Source of the DNA: Eubacteriales bacterium
Lineage (GTDB): Bacteria > Bacillota > Clostridia > Christensenellales > CAG-138
Direction: 5' to 3'
Assembly: GCA_028694155.1 (NCBI GenBank)
Contig: JAQUTY010000007.1
Coordinates: 50,901-114,900, forward strand
Length of the DNA stretch: 64,000 bases
Position numbers and translations under genes: made by a program. The notes under the pieces are model-generated. The model was not told the DNA's origin, did not search any database, and worked only from the letters and a program-made list of their open reading frames with translations. Positions 63,886 to 64,000 of this stretch are shown here, piece by piece; positions within the stretch are counted from its first letter, which is position 1, and the number at the start of each line of letters is the position of its first letter.

Positions 63886-64000
63886 ATGCAACACGGATTT
63901 TTGAAGGTGGCCGCCTACACACCCAAGGTGCGAGTGGGCGACTGCATATACAACACGGCGAGCATTAAAAAAGAGATTGATCTTGCTCGTGAGCACGGCG
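63886..64000 (+). CDS. nadE: glutamine-dependent NAD+ synthetase, N-terminal fragment (runs off the window; not in the ORF track)
   Basis: Hand translation after GGAGG-taaat-ATG gives MQHGFLKVAAYTPKVRVGDCIYNTASIKKEIDLAREHG. This is the typical start of the CN-hydrolase domain of long NadE. Confidence 0.6.
   Translation, partial: MQHGFLKVAAYTPKVRVGDCIYNTASIKKEIDLAREHG

Noticed and set aside
63727-63996. 89-aa minus-strand ORF at the right edge
   Set aside because: It overlaps the nadE promoter, RBS and N-terminal coding region in antisense. The plus-strand reading gives a typical NadE N-terminus.

Overview
This 64-kb chromosomal window comes from a spore-forming Firmicutes/Clostridia-type genome. 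The supporting signals are GGAGG Shine-Dalgarno sites, a CIRCE operator, a T-box, a TPP riboswitch and spoVA genes. Nearly all genes lie on the minus strand.

Gene order, left to right:
- Two lipoprotein genes.
- The histidine-utilisation operon hutH-hutU-ftcD-hutI (2.1-7.8 kb).
- An hsp20 gene behind a perfect CIRCE operator.
- A ~29-kb, 28-gene surface-glycan locus (8.5-37.4 kb). It draws on dTDP-, CDP- and UDP-sugar routes. It also encodes a Wzx flippase, an EpsG-type polymerase, a pyruvyl-transferase/FrhB fusion, three ATP-grasp amidoligases and a CapA-family protein.
- A TPP riboswitch with thiT and a DUF3006 gene.
- A T-box-controlled ABC importer.
- A same-strand string: mntP, three tandem phosphodiester-glycosidase (NAGPA-type) paralogues, two unknown envelope proteins, LemA and TPM.
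- A DUF2804 gene and pcp.
- An uncharacterised GGGtGRT / NifU-like gene pair.
- yhhN and rmuC.
- spoVAD-spoVAE joined directly to a dcw block (rsmH, ftsL-like, PBP, murE, mraY, murD, SEDS).
- The 5' end of nadE.

I saw no rRNA, tRNA, CRISPR array, transposase or integrase.

The best candidate for new biology is the AT-rich cassette at 25.8-31.9 kb inside the glycan locus. It holds two TupA-like ATP-grasp ligases, a CapA-family protein, the polymerase, a GT2 and an unknown protein. It sits next to TviB/TviC-like UDP-GalNAcA genes. This predicts an amino-acid- or peptide-amidated uronic-acid polymer (teichuronopeptide-like) of unknown structure.

All functional calls rest on motif recognition in the supplied translations. 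No database search was run.
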